DNA from: Patescibacteria group bacterium
Lineage (GTDB): Bacteria > Patescibacteriota > Minisyncoccia > Phycocordibacterales > UBA1550
NCBI GenBank assembly: GCA_038057125.1
Contig: JBBUDU010000003.1
Span: 15,046-79,045, forward strand
Direction of reading: 5' to 3'
DNA length: 64,000 nt
The translations under genes were made by a program, and so were the position numbers. The notes beneath the pieces were generated by a model. It was given only the letters and a program-made list of their open reading frames with translations, did not search any database and had not been told where the DNA came from. Below, piece after piece: positions 41,453 to 54,283 of the stretch (position 1 is the stretch's first letter; the number at the start of each line of letters is the position of its first letter).

Positions 41453-42688
41453 ATGGCATCAATTTGTTTTTATTTTCAAGTACATCAGCCATTCCGCGTG
41501 AAGGACTATCGCGTGTTTGATATTGGGCGAGATAGCGAGTACTTCAATGATGACTCCGACCGTTCAATTAACAACAAAAAAATTCTCAACAAAGTAGCCG
41601 GAAAGTGCTATTTGCCGACAAATGCAATTTTGCTTGAACTATTGAATAAACATCCGGAGTTTAAAGTAAGTTTTTCTTTTTCTGGAGTTTTTCTTGAGCA
41701 ACTTGAAATGTTTAGCCCGGAAACGCTCGAATCATTTCAAAAACTTGTTGCAACGGGAAGGGTGGAGGTCTTGTCAGAGACATATCACCACTCGCTCTCT
41801 TTTCTTTATTCGGCAGATGAATTTCGCCGTCAGGTAAAAATGCATCGAGAAAAAATTAAAGAACTTTTCGGCGTCACGCCGACCGTTTTTCGACACACTG
41901 AGCTGATTTACAACAATGAGCTTGCTCTAGAGATTGAGAAGATGGGATACAAAGGTATTATCGCGGAGGGAGCCGATCATGTTTTGGGGTGGAAAAGTCC
42001 AAACTTTTTGTACCGTCCGCGCGGCACACAGAATTTGAAACTCATGCTTAAAAACTACCGTCTTTCGGATGACATAGCGTTTCGTTTTTCGTCAAAAGAT
42101 TGGGCTGACTTTCCTCTTACTGCGCCCAAGTTTGCCAATTGGGCAAATCAGGTGAACGGCAACGGTAATGTTATCAATCTCTTTATGGACTACGAAACAT
42201 TTGGCGAACATCAATGGGAAGACACCGGCATTTTTAATTTTCTTCGGCACCTGCCAGGGGAAATTTATAAGCATCAGGACAATGATTTCGTAACACCATC
42301 GGAGGCAATCGCGCGTTATGAGGCGGTAGGAGAGCTTGATGTGCACAACTTTATGTCGTGGGCAGATGTCGAGCGCGACCTATCTGCATGGCTTTCAAAC
42401 CCTATGCAGCATGACGCCATACAAAGTGTTTACAAACTTGAAGAAGATGTACTGGCAACATGCGATGATAAGCTCATCAGCGATTGGCGAAAACTCCAGA
42501 CCTCGGACCATTTTTATTATATGTGCACCAAGTGGTTTAATGACGGCGATGTGCATAAATATTTCAACCCCTACAATACGCCCTACGAAGCATTCATCGC
42601 GTATATGAATGTACTACAAGACCTTCGTCTACGTGTTGTGGGGCATCCGTCATACGCAAAAAAGATTAAGGTCAAGGAGTTGTCATAA
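41453..42688 (+). CDS. glycoside hydrolase family 57 protein
   Basis: ICFYFQVHQPFR N-terminus, ETYHHS, DYETFGEHQW are typical GH57 regions. Confidence 0.85.
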   Translation: MASICFYFQVHQPFRVKDYRVFDIGRDSEYFNDDSDRSINNKKILNKVAGKCYLPTNAILLELLNKHPEFKVSFSFSGVFLEQLEMFSPETLESFQKLVATGRVEVLSETYHHSLSFLYSADEFRRQVKMHREKIKELFGVTPTVFRHTELIYNNELALEIEKMGYKGIIAEGADHVLGWKSPNFLYRPRGTQNLKLMLKNYRLSDDIAFRFSSKDWADFPLTAPKFANWANQVNGNGNVINLFMDYETFGEHQWEDTGIFNFLRHLPGEIYKHQDNDFVTPSEAIARYEAVGELDVHNFMSWADVERDLSAWLSNPMQHDAIQSVYKLEEDVLATCDDKLISDWRKLQTSDHFYYMCTKWFNDGDVHKYFNPYNTPYEAFIAYMNVLQDLRLRVVGHPSYAKKIKVKELS

Positions 42689-42730
42689 AAATCCCTATAC
42701 AAAAGTAAGGTGTGGGGGTATACTTTGTAT

Positions 42731-44725
42731 ATGTCTAAGTCCCTTTCTCTTGGTAATGGAAATATTCTTGTCTGTACGGACAAGCGCGCGCAGGTGCGTG
42801 ATTTTTATTTTCCATATGTGGGACTGGAAAATCATGTTGGCGGGCACTACACGCATCGCATCGGTGTTTTTGCCGATTACCAGCTCAATTGGTTTGACCA
42901 CTCAAACTGGGACATACAAATTCGTTTTGACGGAGAGTCTTTGATCGGCAAAACTGTCGCAAAAAACGCGACGCTCGGTGTAACGCTTAATTTTTCAGAC
43001 GCAGTCTATAATGAGAAAAATATTTTCCTGCGGGAGGTAAAAGTGACGAATGATTCTAATCGCGCTCGAACGATAAAACTTTTCTTCGGGCATGAGTTTG
43101 AGATATATGAATCGCACCGCGGAGACACGGCATATTTTGATCCGAAGAATCATGTGGTTATTCACTACAACGGCAAACGAGTGTTTTTGATAAATGGCTC
43201 CTCCGAAAAAGGCAGCTTCGATGACTACACGACAGGCATATTTAAAATAGAAGGGAAAGAAGGAAGTTTCAAAGATGCCGAAGACGGCCAGCTTTCGAAA
43301 AATTTAATTGAGCACGGACCATCGGACTCAGTAGTTGGTTTTTATGTTGACCTAGCGCCTCACGAATCAAAGACTATCTACTACTGGATGGCATCGGCTA
43401 AGTCTATCAAGGACGCTATTGAGCTAAATTCCTATGTAATTGAAAAAAAACCGGAGCATTTGCTTCGTACCACACACGACTATTGGCACGCATGGGTCAA
43501 TAAATACAACTTTACTTTTTACGGACTTACACAAGACGAAATAGCGCTTTTTAAGAGTTCCCTTCTTACTATTCGCTCGCACGCAGACAACAGAGGGGCT
43601 ATTATCGCATCGGCGGATTCTGACATGCTTCAAAACGGCCGTGATACATATAGCTATATGTGGCCTCGTGACGGCGCATTTTCTGCAATGGCTTTTGATA
43701 TGGCCGGTGACTTTAATGTCGCAGAAAGATTTTTTGATTTTTGTGATCGCGTCATTACCGAAGACGGATACTTTATGCACAAGTATCGCCCAGATGAATC
43801 TTTAGGAAGTTCATGGCATCCATGGATGCGAAACGGGAAGATGGAGCTTCCGATTCAGGAAGATGAAACCGCGCTCGTGCTCATTGCCCTATGGAGGCAT
43901 TATTCCCAGTCAAAAGATCTTGAGTTTATCGAAAAAGTTTACAATACCCTCGTAAAACGCGCGGCGGATTTTATGGTTTCATATCGTGATCCTAAAACAC
44001 GCCTCCCAAAAGCATCTTACGACCTCTGGGAAGAAAAGTTTGGAATTCATACATTTACGGCGGCCTCTGTGTACGGAGCGCTCATCTGCGCGGCGAAGTT
44101 TGCAAAACTTTTGGGTAAAGTAAAAAGCGAGCAGATCTATACTAGCACCGCATTTGAGATTCGTCAGTCAATCCTGACTTATTTGTATGACGAGAGCAAA
44201 GGGATATTTGTAAAAATGCTTAATGTTGCGGAGAATGGAACTCTTGATTACGATCGAACTCTAGATATGTCTAGTGTTTATGGTATCTTTGCGTTTGGTG
44301 TTCTCGATGTTGATGACCCGCGTCTTGCACGAGCAATAAAACAAGTAGAGGAGCGAATTCTCGTAAAAACTGCCATTGGTGGCATTGCTCGGTACGAAGG
44401 AGACATCTATTTTCGTGATACGACGAGAGTACCGGGAAACCCATGGATTATTACGACGATGTGGCTCGCACAATACTATATTGCGCGCGCCAAAACCGAA
44501 GCGGACTTTGCGCCAGTACACCAGTGGCTTGGATGGGCAGTAAAACACGTTGGTGCGTCGGGTGTTTTTTCAGAACAGCTCCACCCATATAGCGGCGCAC
44601 AGCTTTCCGCAACGCCTCTCACATGGAGTCATTCCGAATATATTATGACTATTATAAAATATCTCGACCGACTCGAAGAACTCGGAATTTGCTTAAAATG
44701 CAACCCGCTGTATACTGAGAACTAA
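42731..44725 (+). CDS. glycoside hydrolase family 15 (glucoamylase/glucodextranase-like)
   Basis: LSLGNGNILV N-domain start, SYMWPRDGAF, DLWEEKFG, NPWIITTMWLAQYY and TWSHSEY motifs of GH15. Confidence 0.88.
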   Translation: MSKSLSLGNGNILVCTDKRAQVRDFYFPYVGLENHVGGHYTHRIGVFADYQLNWFDHSNWDIQIRFDGESLIGKTVAKNATLGVTLNFSDAVYNEKNIFLREVKVTNDSNRARTIKLFFGHEFEIYESHRGDTAYFDPKNHVVIHYNGKRVFLINGSSEKGSFDDYTTGIFKIEGKEGSFKDAEDGQLSKNLIEHGPSDSVVGFYVDLAPHESKTIYYWMASAKSIKDAIELNSYVIEKKPEHLLRTTHDYWHAWVNKYNFTFYGLTQDEIALFKSSLLTIRSHADNRGAIIASADSDMLQNGRDTYSYMWPRDGAFSAMAFDMAGDFNVAERFFDFCDRVITEDGYFMHKYRPDESLGSSWHPWMRNGKMELPIQEDETALVLIALWRHYSQSKDLEFIEKVYNTLVKRAADFMVSYRDPKTRLPKASYDLWEEKFGIHTFTAASVYGALICAAKFAKLLGKVKSEQIYTSTAFEIRQSILTYLYDESKGIFVKMLNVAENGTLDYDRTLDMSSVYGIFAFGVLDVDDPRLARAIKQVEERILVKTAIGGIARYEGDIYFRDTTRVPGNPWIITTMWLAQYYIARAKTEADFAPVHQWLGWAVKHVGASGVFSEQLHPYSGAQLSATPLTWSHSEYIMTIIKYLDRLEELGICLKCNPLYTEN

Positions 44726-44749
44726 TTTAGTTTAATTAAGTTAAATAAA

Positions 44750-45175
44750 ATGACACCAGTTCATTCAGAGCCATCACCAGTAACACCACGCGATGAAATA
44801 GGTTTTAGAAAGATATATTCTGATTTAGTACGTAACCAAAAAATAACAACTATATTTCGTCCCGGAGAACGAACATGCAACCTCAACAAGGGGTTTTGCG
44901 AAGAGGAAATAGTTGATATAAAAATTATCGACAAGGTTGGGGCGGATTGGGCGACTCTGCCGCCAGAAACAATTTCTTTCAATCAAAAAGCTCAAATCTT
45001 GAGTGTTGATAACAGGGAAATAGGTTCTCTCGTTGTTGATGATTTTCGTGGATCTAGTCCTGATATTTTTGACAAACAATCTCTTGTTTATAATCTTGGT
45101 GTAATTTATAATCTTTCCCCATCTGAACTCGCTGATGATTGTATTGTTACAAAAACAACGTTTATTTATTTGTAA
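44750..45175 (+). CDS. hypothetical protein
   Basis: 141-aa ORF, last gene of the GT4-GH57-GH15 string. No confident family. Confidence 0.45.
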   Translation: MTPVHSEPSPVTPRDEIGFRKIYSDLVRNQKITTIFRPGERTCNLNKGFCEEEIVDIKIIDKVGADWATLPPETISFNQKAQILSVDNREIGSLVVDDFRGSSPDIFDKQSLVYNLGVIYNLSPSELADDCIVTKTTFIYL

Positions 45176-45241
45176 AAGTACCCGAGCTTTTCTTTGCCAA
45201 CTTTACTATTTCGTGATACGCTCAAAAAAGAAGTTCATAAT

Positions 45242-45312
45242 TATTAGCGACGTAGAGTGAGAGAAGTGAGAAAGTAATCTTTAACACTTCCGAGCCGAGG
45301 AGCTAATATAAG
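45242..45312 (+). repeat. ~71-nt conserved hairpin element, copy 1 (5' of the shikimate dehydrogenase-like gene)
   Basis: TATTAGC GACGTAGAGTGAGA [GAAGTGAGAAAG TAAT CTTTAACACTTC] CGAGCCGAGGA GCTAATA TAAG. Its ends are identical to the reverse complement of 55555-55625. Confidence 0.85.
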
Positions 45313-45361
45313 GGTAACTACCGCTTTTATTGCACACACAATGGAAAAAGGAGAAAATTTT

Positions 45362-46387
45362 ATGGAAAATCAGGATCAATTTTGTAACGGCTTGCTTCGG
45401 TTTGCAAAAGAACCAGTTAAAAACTTAGATTCTTTGTCAGACCTTGAAAGTCATGCTCATTACGGTATAGCCTTGATTGAACATGATTATCCGGGAAAAA
45501 CCCCAGCGATGTGGAATGCTGCGTATAAGCATTTCGGCATAGATGGGGCTGTGGCGATGATGGTCGGTGATCCTAAAGATACTGTCGGGATTCTTAGCAC
45601 GCTCAAGGCGGATCCAAAATATATCGGCGGAGGAGCAGGTGTTGGGTTCAAGGATGTGGCTTTTGATTATGTCGATGAGCTTGATCCTTTGGCAAAAGCC
45701 ATTGGGGCTATCAATCTCATTCAGAAACTTCCTTCCGGAGAACTCAAGGGGTGGAATACTGACGGGATTGGATACCGACAAAGCCTCGAGAAACTTCTTG
45801 AACAAAAAGGAGAGACTCTTGGAAATACTAAGATCGTCATGCTTGGCGCGGGCGGAACAGGCAACGCTGTTGCGATTGCTCTCGCGGAAAAAGGAGCTGA
45901 GATTGTTATTATTAATAGGACGTTGGAAAAAGCGGAAGAGCTTGCTCGTCGCATTAACAAATTTATCGGCGAGAATCGTGCAAGAGCTATGGGCGAAAAT
46001 GCAATAGCAAAGGAAGTTCTTGATGCTTCGGTAATAATTAATGTTTCTACAAAGGGAGCAACTGGTGCATTTGAGGCATATTCCGCTCTTGCGAAAGCTG
46101 TACTTCCTGCTACCGTTGAAAACATCTCCGAAAATCTGAGATTGTCTGAAAATATTTTTGCTCGCATTCCTACAGATGCAATCTTGAGTGATGTTGTCAT
46201 GCGCAGTACGCCTAGTCCTTTTTTGGAAGGAGCGTTTGCTCATGGATTCGAAACGCTCGACGGTATTCCTATGGTAATTAACCAAGGCGTAGAAGCATTT
46301 CTGATTATTCATGGTAAAGAAATCGGCGATAGTGACAATGTTCGGAGCCAATTGCGAGAAATTATGCAAAAAGCTGCAAATATGTAA
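45362..46387 (+). CDS. shikimate/quinate dehydrogenase-family protein
   Basis: YGIALIEHDY..KTPAMWNAAY, GGGAGVGFK, GAINLI, GWNTDGIGY, MLGAGGTGNAVAIAL Rossmann motif. The ATG at 45362 has an AAGGAG SD 8 nt upstream. An alternative ATG lies at 45341. Confidence 0.8.
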   Translation: MENQDQFCNGLLRFAKEPVKNLDSLSDLESHAHYGIALIEHDYPGKTPAMWNAAYKHFGIDGAVAMMVGDPKDTVGILSTLKADPKYIGGGAGVGFKDVAFDYVDELDPLAKAIGAINLIQKLPSGELKGWNTDGIGYRQSLEKLLEQKGETLGNTKIVMLGAGGTGNAVAIALAEKGAEIVIINRTLEKAEELARRINKFIGENRARAMGENAIAKEVLDASVIINVSTKGATGAFEAYSALAKAVLPATVENISENLRLSENIFARIPTDAILSDVVMRSTPSPFLEGAFAHGFETLDGIPMVINQGVEAFLIIHGKEIGDSDNVRSQLREIMQKAANM

Positions 46388-46400
46388 ATTTTGTATTTTT

Positions 46401-46432
46401 AGGGTCGCACCTTTGGTGCGACCCTATTTTTA
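46401..46432 (+). terminator. intrinsic terminator after the shikimate dehydrogenase-like gene
   Basis: agggtcgcacc ttt ggtgcgaccct then attttta. Confidence 0.8.
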
Positions 46433-46448
46433 TGATAATATAGAAAAT

Positions 46449-47288
46449 ATGTATATTTTATTTGATATTGGAGGTACAAAAATGCGCGTTGTTTCGGCCG
46501 ACCGAAAAAAATTTCTTGCAGAGCCAGTTGTTATTACAACTCCAAAAGATTTTGACGAAGGGATAGAAACGCTGAAGCGTATCATTAACAATCTTGCCAG
46601 CGGTTCGCCAATCGAAGCTATTGTTGGCGGGATTGCGGGCCCACTCAATCCTGAAAAGACGATGCTTGCGCGAAGTCCAAACCTAAGTGGCTGGGTGGGA
46701 CACGATATCAAAAGTGCTCTTGTAGAGACCTATAAGGCCCCTGTATCATTAGAAAATGATGCCGCGCTCGTTGGTCTTGGTGAAGCAAATTATGGCGCAG
46801 GGCGAGATAAATCCGTTGTTGTTTACATTACCATAAGTACTGGAGTAGGCGGTGTACGCATCGTAAATGGAAACATTGATCAGAATGCGCTTGGTTTTGA
46901 GCCAGGACACCAAATAATTGATCCGGATAATAGTCTGTGTCCGACGTGCGTTGGGAATGACCTTGAAGCATATGTATCCGGTACTGCTGTTGAAAAGCGT
47001 TTTGGCAAAAAACCATTTGAGATTAACGACGCTCTAGTGTGGGATGAACTAGCAAAATTCCTAGCATACGGGCTCAACAACACCATCGTGCATTGGTCTC
47101 CGGATATTGTCGTCCTCGGAGGCTCAATGATGAAAGAAGTTGGCATACCCGTTCCTGCGGTTACAAAACACCTTGCGGAAATAATGAAGATATTTCCAAA
47201 CATTCCACCGATAGTAAAAGCTGAACTCGCAGATTTTGGCGGACTCTACGGAGCGCTTTCATACGCTCGCTCGCATTATTACTACTAA
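46449..47288 (+). CDS. ROK-family sugar kinase (glucokinase-like)
   Basis: MYILFDIGGTKMRV ATP motif, ENDAALVGLGE, GVGGV, CPTC zinc-type motif. The ATG at 46449 follows the terminator at 46401-46432. Confidence 0.85.
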   Translation: MYILFDIGGTKMRVVSADRKKFLAEPVVITTPKDFDEGIETLKRIINNLASGSPIEAIVGGIAGPLNPEKTMLARSPNLSGWVGHDIKSALVETYKAPVSLENDAALVGLGEANYGAGRDKSVVVYITISTGVGGVRIVNGNIDQNALGFEPGHQIIDPDNSLCPTCVGNDLEAYVSGTAVEKRFGKKPFEINDALVWDELAKFLAYGLNNTIVHWSPDIVVLGGSMMKEVGIPVPAVTKHLAEIMKIFPNIPPIVKAELADFGGLYGALSYARSHYYY

Positions 47289-47357
47289 AGTCCCACTATA
47301 AAAAGAAAAACCCCCGCGTGAGCAGGGTTTTTGAAGTAAAGTATTACAAAAATATTT

Positions 47358-47546
47358 ACGGTTTGGGAGCGGCCTATACTTTTTTGGGATAGATCCCCAT
47401 GTCTTTCGGCCCATGACTACATTTTCACGGAGCGTTAAACTTTTGAAATTAGCGATGTCTTCTGGTATAGGATTTCCCCATGGAAGTTTGTTATTATTTC
47501 CGATTCCGCGATTTCTGTCCATTGCCGCTACTAGAATAATTGCCAT
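47358..47546 (-). pseudogene. folA: truncated dihydrofolate reductase remnant
   Basis: The first ~63 aa (MAIILVAAMDRNRGIGNNNKLPW...VVMGRKTWGSIPKKYRPLPNRK) align with the DHFR N-terminus. Similarity then stops, and the frame runs into the ROK terminator and gene end. Confidence 0.7.
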
Positions 47547-47548
47547 AA

Positions 47549-48875
<1,327 letters not shown>

Positions 48876-48985
48876 TGCAACTTACTGTAACCTGTTAAGG
48901 AAATTACAAAAATGGCCATTATGAATATTACGAACCATCTGCACCGTTCACATCTTAGCCAGAACTCTGCGAGATTTTTCATTCC

Positions 48986-49189
48986 TCATCCTACAATTTG
49001 TCGAGACGAGAATGCCGCAATTACACCAAGAGTAAATACAACACCTAGTACCCCAAGAACCCTCCACTTCTCTTCTTCTTTAATATTTATGCGAATAATG
49101 GGAGCAATGAAACATGCAAAAACGAGTATCACGATACACCACGCAATATAATCCCACGAAAACAAAAACTGACAGAACTTTATCAGCAT
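48986..49189 (-). CDS. small two-TM membrane protein (hypothetical)
   Basis: 67-aa ORF with two clear hydrophobic helices separated by RINIKEEEKWR. No family assignment. Confidence 0.4.
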   Translation of the reverse strand: MLIKFCQFLFSWDYIAWCIVILVFACFIAPIIRINIKEEEKWRVLGVLGVVFTLGVIAAFSSRQIVG

Positions 49190-49237
49190 AAACCCCTCCG
49201 ATTTAGCGACACAATCCTTACTAAAACTACCATTTTA

Positions 49238-49246
49238 TGATATATT
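49238..49246 (+). promoter_or_regulatory. extended -10 TGATATATT, 10 nt before the uvrB ATG
   Basis: Motif and spacing read directly. Confidence 0.5.
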
Positions 49247-49256
49247 GTCAACCTCA

Positions 49257-51269
49257 ATGCCTACTTTCAACTTAAAATCAGATTGGCCACCCGCGGGGGA
49301 CCAGCCAAAGGCAATCAAGGAGCTTTTGAGTGGAATTGCAAAAGGCATGCGCGCGCAGACCTTGCTTGGCGTGACTGGTTCTGGTAAAACCTTCACAATG
49401 GCGAATGTCATCGCCTCTGTCGGCAAGCCGACACTTGTCATTGCGCACAACAAAACCCTCGCGGCACAGCTTGCTCAGGAATACAAAGAATTTTTTCCCA
49501 ATAATGCGGTGCATTATTTTGTTTCCTACTACGATTATTATCAGCCCGAGGCATACATGCCGACGACAGATACCTATATCGAAAAGGACGCGCAAATCAA
49601 CGAAGAGATAGACCGCCTTCGCCACGCCTCCACACAGGCGCTCCTCACGCGTCGAGATGTCATCATCGTGGCATCGGTTTCATGTATTTACGGTTTAGGA
49701 AGTCCAGCCGAATATGAGAAAGAAAATATGAAGATTACAGTAGGGCAAAAAATCGATCGTAAAGAATTGATGCAAAAGCTTATAGCGATTCATTTTACTC
49801 GCACGAATGCAGACCTTACCCCCGGAACATTTCGTTCTATCGGAGCGCTCATTGAGATAATGCCAGTGTCTGAAAAGATAGTGTGGAGTGTTACACTTGG
49901 AATGAATGGTATACAGTCGATCAATAAGGTTGATCCAGTGTCACAAAAAATTATAGATGTACCTAAGTCATTTTTTATTTTTCCTGCGAAGCATTTTATT
50001 ACCAACAAAGCCGAAAAAGACCGCGCGATAAAAGCCATTAAAGCAGAGCTCACGACACAGCTCAAAAAATTCGAAAAAGATGGCAAGCTTCTAGAAGCAG
50101 AGCGTTTAAAGCGTCGCACCACATACGACCTTGCAATGATTCGCGAAGTTGGATACTGTAATGGCATCGAAAACTACTCGCGCCATATGTCAGGTCGCGC
50201 GGAAGGATCTGCGCCAGACACACTACTTTCATATTTCCCGCGTACAAAAAGTGGCAAACCTGACTTTCTTACAATCATTGATGAGTCTCACGTAACGATA
50301 CCGCAAATTGGTGGAATGTATGCCGGCGACCAATCCCGCAAAAAAACATTGGTAGAGTTTGGCTTTCGTTTGCCGTCTGCAATGGACAATCGCCCGCTTC
50401 GCTCAGAGGAATTTCATGAACGTGTAGGACAAATGATTTTCACTTCTGCAACTCCGTCCGTTTACGAGAAAGAAAACAGCGAGCAAGTGGTTGAGCAGGT
50501 AATTCGTCCGACCGGACTCATCGATCCGGAGATTTCTATTCGACCGATACTGGAGAAGGGAGAGTATAAGGGCCAGATTCAGGACTTCATCGCCGAAACA
50601 AAAACTGCGGTTAAAAAAGGCGGGCGGGTAATTGCCACCACGCTCACCAAAAAAATGGCGGAGGACCTTTCGGAATATTTAAAAGGGGAGGGGATAAAGG
50701 CCGAGTATCTGCACAGCGATATTAAAACACTTGAGCGTATTCAAATCTTGACCTCATTTCGCAAGGGGATATTCGACTGCCTTGTAGGTGTAAACCTTCT
50801 TCGTGAAGGGCTCGACTTGCCCGAAGTCACCCTTATCGGTATTCTCGATGCCGACAAAGAAGGATTTCTTCGCTCCGAAACTTCGCTTATTCAGATAATA
50901 GGCCGCGCGGCGCGAAATGTTCTAGGGCGCGTGATTCTTTATGCCGAGACTATCACGGGGTCCATAGAGCGCGCCGTAAGCGAAACAAACCGCCGACGCG
51001 GTATTCAGGTGGCACACAACAAAAAGCATGGCATCACTCCAAAAACTATTATCAAACAAATAAAAGACATTACCGAACACCTCGAGACCGACCATATGAA
51101 AGCAGTGAGGATTAATCTCGATATCGACGCTCAAGTCTTCGCAAAAAATCCCGAAAAACTTATTAAACTTAAAGAAAAAGAAATGTCCAAAGCGGTGAAA
51201 GAACTCGATTTTGAGACAGCGGCAATCTTGCGGGATGAGATAAAACTACTCAAAGGAAATATACAATAG
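49257..51269 (+). CDS. uvrB: excinuclease ABC subunit B
   Basis: [18 protein letters not shown], beta-hairpin region [11 protein letters not shown]-terminal UVR domain [11 protein letters not shown]. The ATG at 49257 is preferred over the TTG at 49245. Confidence 0.95.
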   Translation: MPTFNLKSDWPPAGDQPKAIKELLSGIAKGMRAQTLLGVTGSGKTFTMANVIASVGKPTLVIAHNKTLAAQLAQEYKEFFPNNAVHYFVSYYDYYQPEAYMPTTDTYIEKDAQINEEIDRLRHASTQALLTRRDVIIVASVSCIYGLGSPAEYEKENMKITVGQKIDRKELMQKLIAIHFTRTNADLTPGTFRSIGALIEIMPVSEKIVWSVTLGMNGIQSINKVDPVSQKIIDVPKSFFIFPAKHFITNKAEKDRAIKAIKAELTTQLKKFEKDGKLLEAERLKRRTTYDLAMIREVGYCNGIENYSRHMSGRAEGSAPDTLLSYFPRTKSGKPDFLTIIDESHVTIPQIGGMYAGDQSRKKTLVEFGFRLPSAMDNRPLRSEEFHERVGQMIFTSATPSVYEKENSEQVVEQVIRPTGLIDPEISIRPILEKGEYKGQIQDFIAETKTAVKKGGRVIATTLTKKMAEDLSEYLKGEGIKAEYLHSDIKTLERIQILTSFRKGIFDCLVGVNLLREGLDLPEVTLIGILDADKEGFLRSETSLIQIIGRAARNVLGRVILYAETITGSIERAVSETNRRRGIQVAHNKKHGITPKTIIKQIKDITEHLETDHMKAVRINLDIDAQVFAKNPEKLIKLKEKEMSKAVKELDFETAAILRDEIKLLKGNIQ

Positions 51270-51296
51270 CTCAAATGTGTGGTATTCTTGCATACT

Positions 51297-53861
51297 ATGT
51301 CAGAAAACAAGAAACAGAAGGCATTAGACAAAATCACCGTTCGTGGCGCTCGAACACACAATCTGAAAAATATCAGCTTGGAAATTCCACGAGATAAAAT
51401 GATTGTTTTTACAGGACTCTCGGGCTCTGGAAAGTCTTCGCTTGCTTTTGACACTATCTTTGCCGAGGGTCAGCGTCGGTATGTTGAATCTCTATCGGCA
51501 TACGCACGGCAATTTTTGAATCAAATGCAAAAGCCCGATGTTGATGAAATCACCGGACTTTCTCCGTCTATTTCAATTGACCAAAAGTCGCACTCATCAA
51601 ATCCGCGCTCGACTGTCGCGACCATTACAGAAGTCTACGACTATTTGCGCGTGCTGTATGCGCGTATCGGCAAGCCACATTGCCTTGTATGCGGTACTGA
51701 AATTAAACGCCTCGGCAATGAAGAGATTTTGAATTTTATAATGGATGAAGTCAGGGGTGTCGCAGGGAAAAAGGCAACCTCAATGCGTATTTTTGCACCG
51801 CTTGTTCGCGGACGCAAAGGGGAATACTATCAACTCCTGTATGACCTTCTCGGAAAAGGATACTTGATGGTGCGCATTGACGGCGTTATGCACAATCTCC
51901 GCGAGAAAATTGAGCTTTCAAAAACAAAGAAACACGAAATTGATGTTCTTGTTGATGAAATTTTGCTTACCGATTTCAAAGGAAAAGAAAAAGGGCGTGA
52001 GAGGCTAGGCGAAGCCGTGGAAAAGGCGCTTGATGAATCTCAAAGCTTGGTTCGTATTGTATTTGCAGACAAGAAGTGGGACATAAAGGACTTTATAATG
52101 TCCAACCGTTTTGCATGTCCAAATGATGGTTTTTCATATCCTGAAATAGAGCCGAGACTTTTTTCATTCAACTCGCCATACGGCGCATGCGCTCTTTGTA
52201 ATGGCCTCGGTACGAAACATTTCTTTGGAAACGAGAACTGTCCAGACTGCGAAGGCGCGCGCCTTCGCAAAGAAGCACTCAGTGTTTTTGTAAGTGGGAA
52301 AAATATTGTCGAATTGGTAAATATGTCCATCAAAGATGCGTCAGATTTTTTTGCGAACTTAAAAATTTCCGCGCGTGATAAAGATATTTCCGTGCCGGTA
52401 ATAAAAGAAATTCAAAATCGCCTTTCGTTTATGTTGGAGGTAGGGTTGAATTATCTGACTCTGAGCCGTCGCGCGGGGACGCTTTCCGGAGGGGAGGGTC
52501 AGCGTATTCGCCTAGCGTCTCAGCTTGGTTCACGCCTTGTTGGGGCACTTTATGTACTCGACGAACCAACCATCGGCCTACATCAACGTGACAATGACCG
52601 GCTAATCAAAACCCTCAAAGATCTTCGTGATATGGGTAACACTATTATCGTTGTCGAGCACGATGAGGATACTATTTTTGCGGCAGACTATATGGTTGAC
52701 ATCGGACCCGGCGCCGGCGTGCACGGTGGGGAAATCGTGGTTTCAGGTGACCTTGATGAGCTCATTACAAATACAAAAAAATACAAATCACTTACACTCG
52801 ATTATTTGCGTGGTGATGTTTCCGTAGCTATTCCCAAAAGGCGCGACATCGATAAAGGACACCTTCGCATTCGCGAAGGAACTGTTTTCAATATTAAACG
52901 TTTGAATGTTGATATACCACTAGGTAAACTCGTTGCCATTACGGGTGTGTCTGGGTCTGGGAAGTCAACTTTAATGTACGAGCTTATCCATAAAAATTTA
53001 CAAGCGCGATTAGAGCGTCGTTATCGTACCAACGATATTTATAATTGCGAAGGTTTTACTGGCACAGAATACCTTTCACGTACTGTACTTATTGACCAAT
53101 CGGCAATAGGCCGCACACCGCGCTCAAACCCTGCAACATACACCGGCTCATTTACCTATATGCGCGATCTCTTTGCCGAGACAGCCGAGGCGCGCTTGCG
53201 TGGCTGGGGACCGGGGCGTTTTTCATTCAACGTAAAGGGCGGTCGTTGCGAGACTTGCCAAGGCAACGGCACTATAGCAGTCGAGATGCATTTTCTGCCA
53301 ACGGTGTATGTTACATGCGATGTGTGTCGCGGGAAGCGTTTTGAAAAAGACACCCTCGAAATAAAATACAAAAAGAAAAATATTTACGAGGTACTCGAAA
53401 TGACAGTTGAGGAAGCACTCAAATTTTTCGAAGACATTCCTTCGATTTATGATCGACTGAAAACTTTAAGTGATGTTGGTCTTGGATATCTTAAACTTGG
53501 GCAGTCCGCAACAACACTTTCTGGCGGAGAGGCTCAACGCGTAAAAATATCATCCGAGCTTTATCGTCCGCATGTAGAGAAAACAATTTACCTGTTGGAC
53601 GAACCAACCGTCGGCCTTCACTACGAAGATGTTCGCAAACTAATTGAAATCTTGCAAAAGCTTGTCGACAAGGGCAACAGCGTGATCCTCATCGAGCACA
53701 ATATGGATATCATAAAGAGTGCGGACTATGTAATAGATATTGGCCCCGAAGGCGGGGAGGGTGGTGGACAAATAGTGGCGCGCGGAACCCCCGAGCAAAT
53801 CGCCGCAAGTCCAAACTCGCACACTGGCAAGTATTTAAAGAGAATCTTGAAAAGAAAATAG
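51297..53861 (+). CDS. uvrA: excinuclease ABC subunit A
   Basis: Two ABC modules ([18 protein letters not shown]; [16 protein letters not shown]) and zinc fingers CPDC / [12 protein letters not shown]. Confidence 0.95.
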   Translation: MSENKKQKALDKITVRGARTHNLKNISLEIPRDKMIVFTGLSGSGKSSLAFDTIFAEGQRRYVESLSAYARQFLNQMQKPDVDEITGLSPSISIDQKSHSSNPRSTVATITEVYDYLRVLYARIGKPHCLVCGTEIKRLGNEEILNFIMDEVRGVAGKKATSMRIFAPLVRGRKGEYYQLLYDLLGKGYLMVRIDGVMHNLREKIELSKTKKHEIDVLVDEILLTDFKGKEKGRERLGEAVEKALDESQSLVRIVFADKKWDIKDFIMSNRFACPNDGFSYPEIEPRLFSFNSPYGACALCNGLGTKHFFGNENCPDCEGARLRKEALSVFVSGKNIVELVNMSIKDASDFFANLKISARDKDISVPVIKEIQNRLSFMLEVGLNYLTLSRRAGTLSGGEGQRIRLASQLGSRLVGALYVLDEPTIGLHQRDNDRLIKTLKDLRDMGNTIIVVEHDEDTIFAADYMVDIGPGAGVHGGEIVVSGDLDELITNTKKYKSLTLDYLRGDVSVAIPKRRDIDKGHLRIREGTVFNIKRLNVDIPLGKLVAITGVSGSGKSTLMYELIHKNLQARLERRYRTNDIYNCEGFTGTEYLSRTVLIDQSAIGRTPRSNPATYTGSFTYMRDLFAETAEARLRGWGPGRFSFNVKGGRCETCQGNGTIAVEMHFLPTVYVTCDVCRGKRFEKDTLEIKYKKKNIYEVLEMTVEEALKFFEDIPSIYDRLKTLSDVGLGYLKLGQSATTLSGGEAQRVKISSELYRPHVEKTIYLLDEPTVGLHYEDVRKLIEILQKLVDKGNSVILIEHNMDIIKSADYVIDIGPEGGEGGGQIVARGTPEQIAASPNSHTGKYLKRILKRK

Positions 53862-53884
53862 CCACTGATTAAGTGGCTATTTAT
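53858..53884. terminator. hairpin between convergent uvrA and the 53892-54221 ORF
   Basis: atagccac tgattaa gtggctat. Confidence 0.55.
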
Positions 53885-53891
53885 GGTGGAT

Positions 53892-54221
53892 TTATTTTCT
53901 TTGTGGAGTATGGAAAATATCAACAGCCACCAGATCAGAGGGCGCGGTGTATCCGTTTAGGTTCTTGTTCCAACTGGCAAATTCTTCAACAAAAACGCAC
54001 GCCGCATGCTCATTGTAACAAGACCAAATCGGGTCGTAATCCACAAGACCAGAATCAATCAATGAAATGAGTATCTCCGACGCTTCTTGTTCAAGAAGCT
54101 TTGGCGCATATAAGGCATCAAGCTGGAAATTGTTTTCCAATGTGTGATAAATAATTTTAAAGATCTCGGGAAAGATAGCTTTTATGGTTTCTGCTTCTTT
54201 GAACCGGAGGCTTCCGATCAT
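53892..54221 (-). CDS. hypothetical protein
   Basis: ORF between uvrA and uvrC on the opposite strand. Start set at MIGSLRFKE to leave a divergent promoter gap with uvrC. No family recognised. Confidence 0.4.
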   Translation of the reverse strand: MIGSLRFKEAETIKAIFPEIFKIIYHTLENNFQLDALYAPKLLEQEASEILISLIDSGLVDYDPIWSCYNEHAACVFVEEFASWNKNLNGYTAPSDLVAVDIFHTPQRK

Positions 54222-54283
54222 TTCGTTCCCCTTGTATATTGTCCTTGTATAACTATATACTAACATCATAAAAATCGCAAAAT

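Noticed and set aside
45437-46369. 310-aa minus-strand ORF.
   Set aside because: It is entirely antisense to the motif-rich shikimate dehydrogenase-family gene. It is Cys/Phe/Ser/Arg-rich with no motifs. The same reasoning applies to 18154-18972 (+), 1418-2041 (-), 8602-9138 (-), 27939-28520 (-), 48099-48611 (-), 54583-55047 (-), 61208-61741 (+) and the many antisense ORFs inside 11805-14519.
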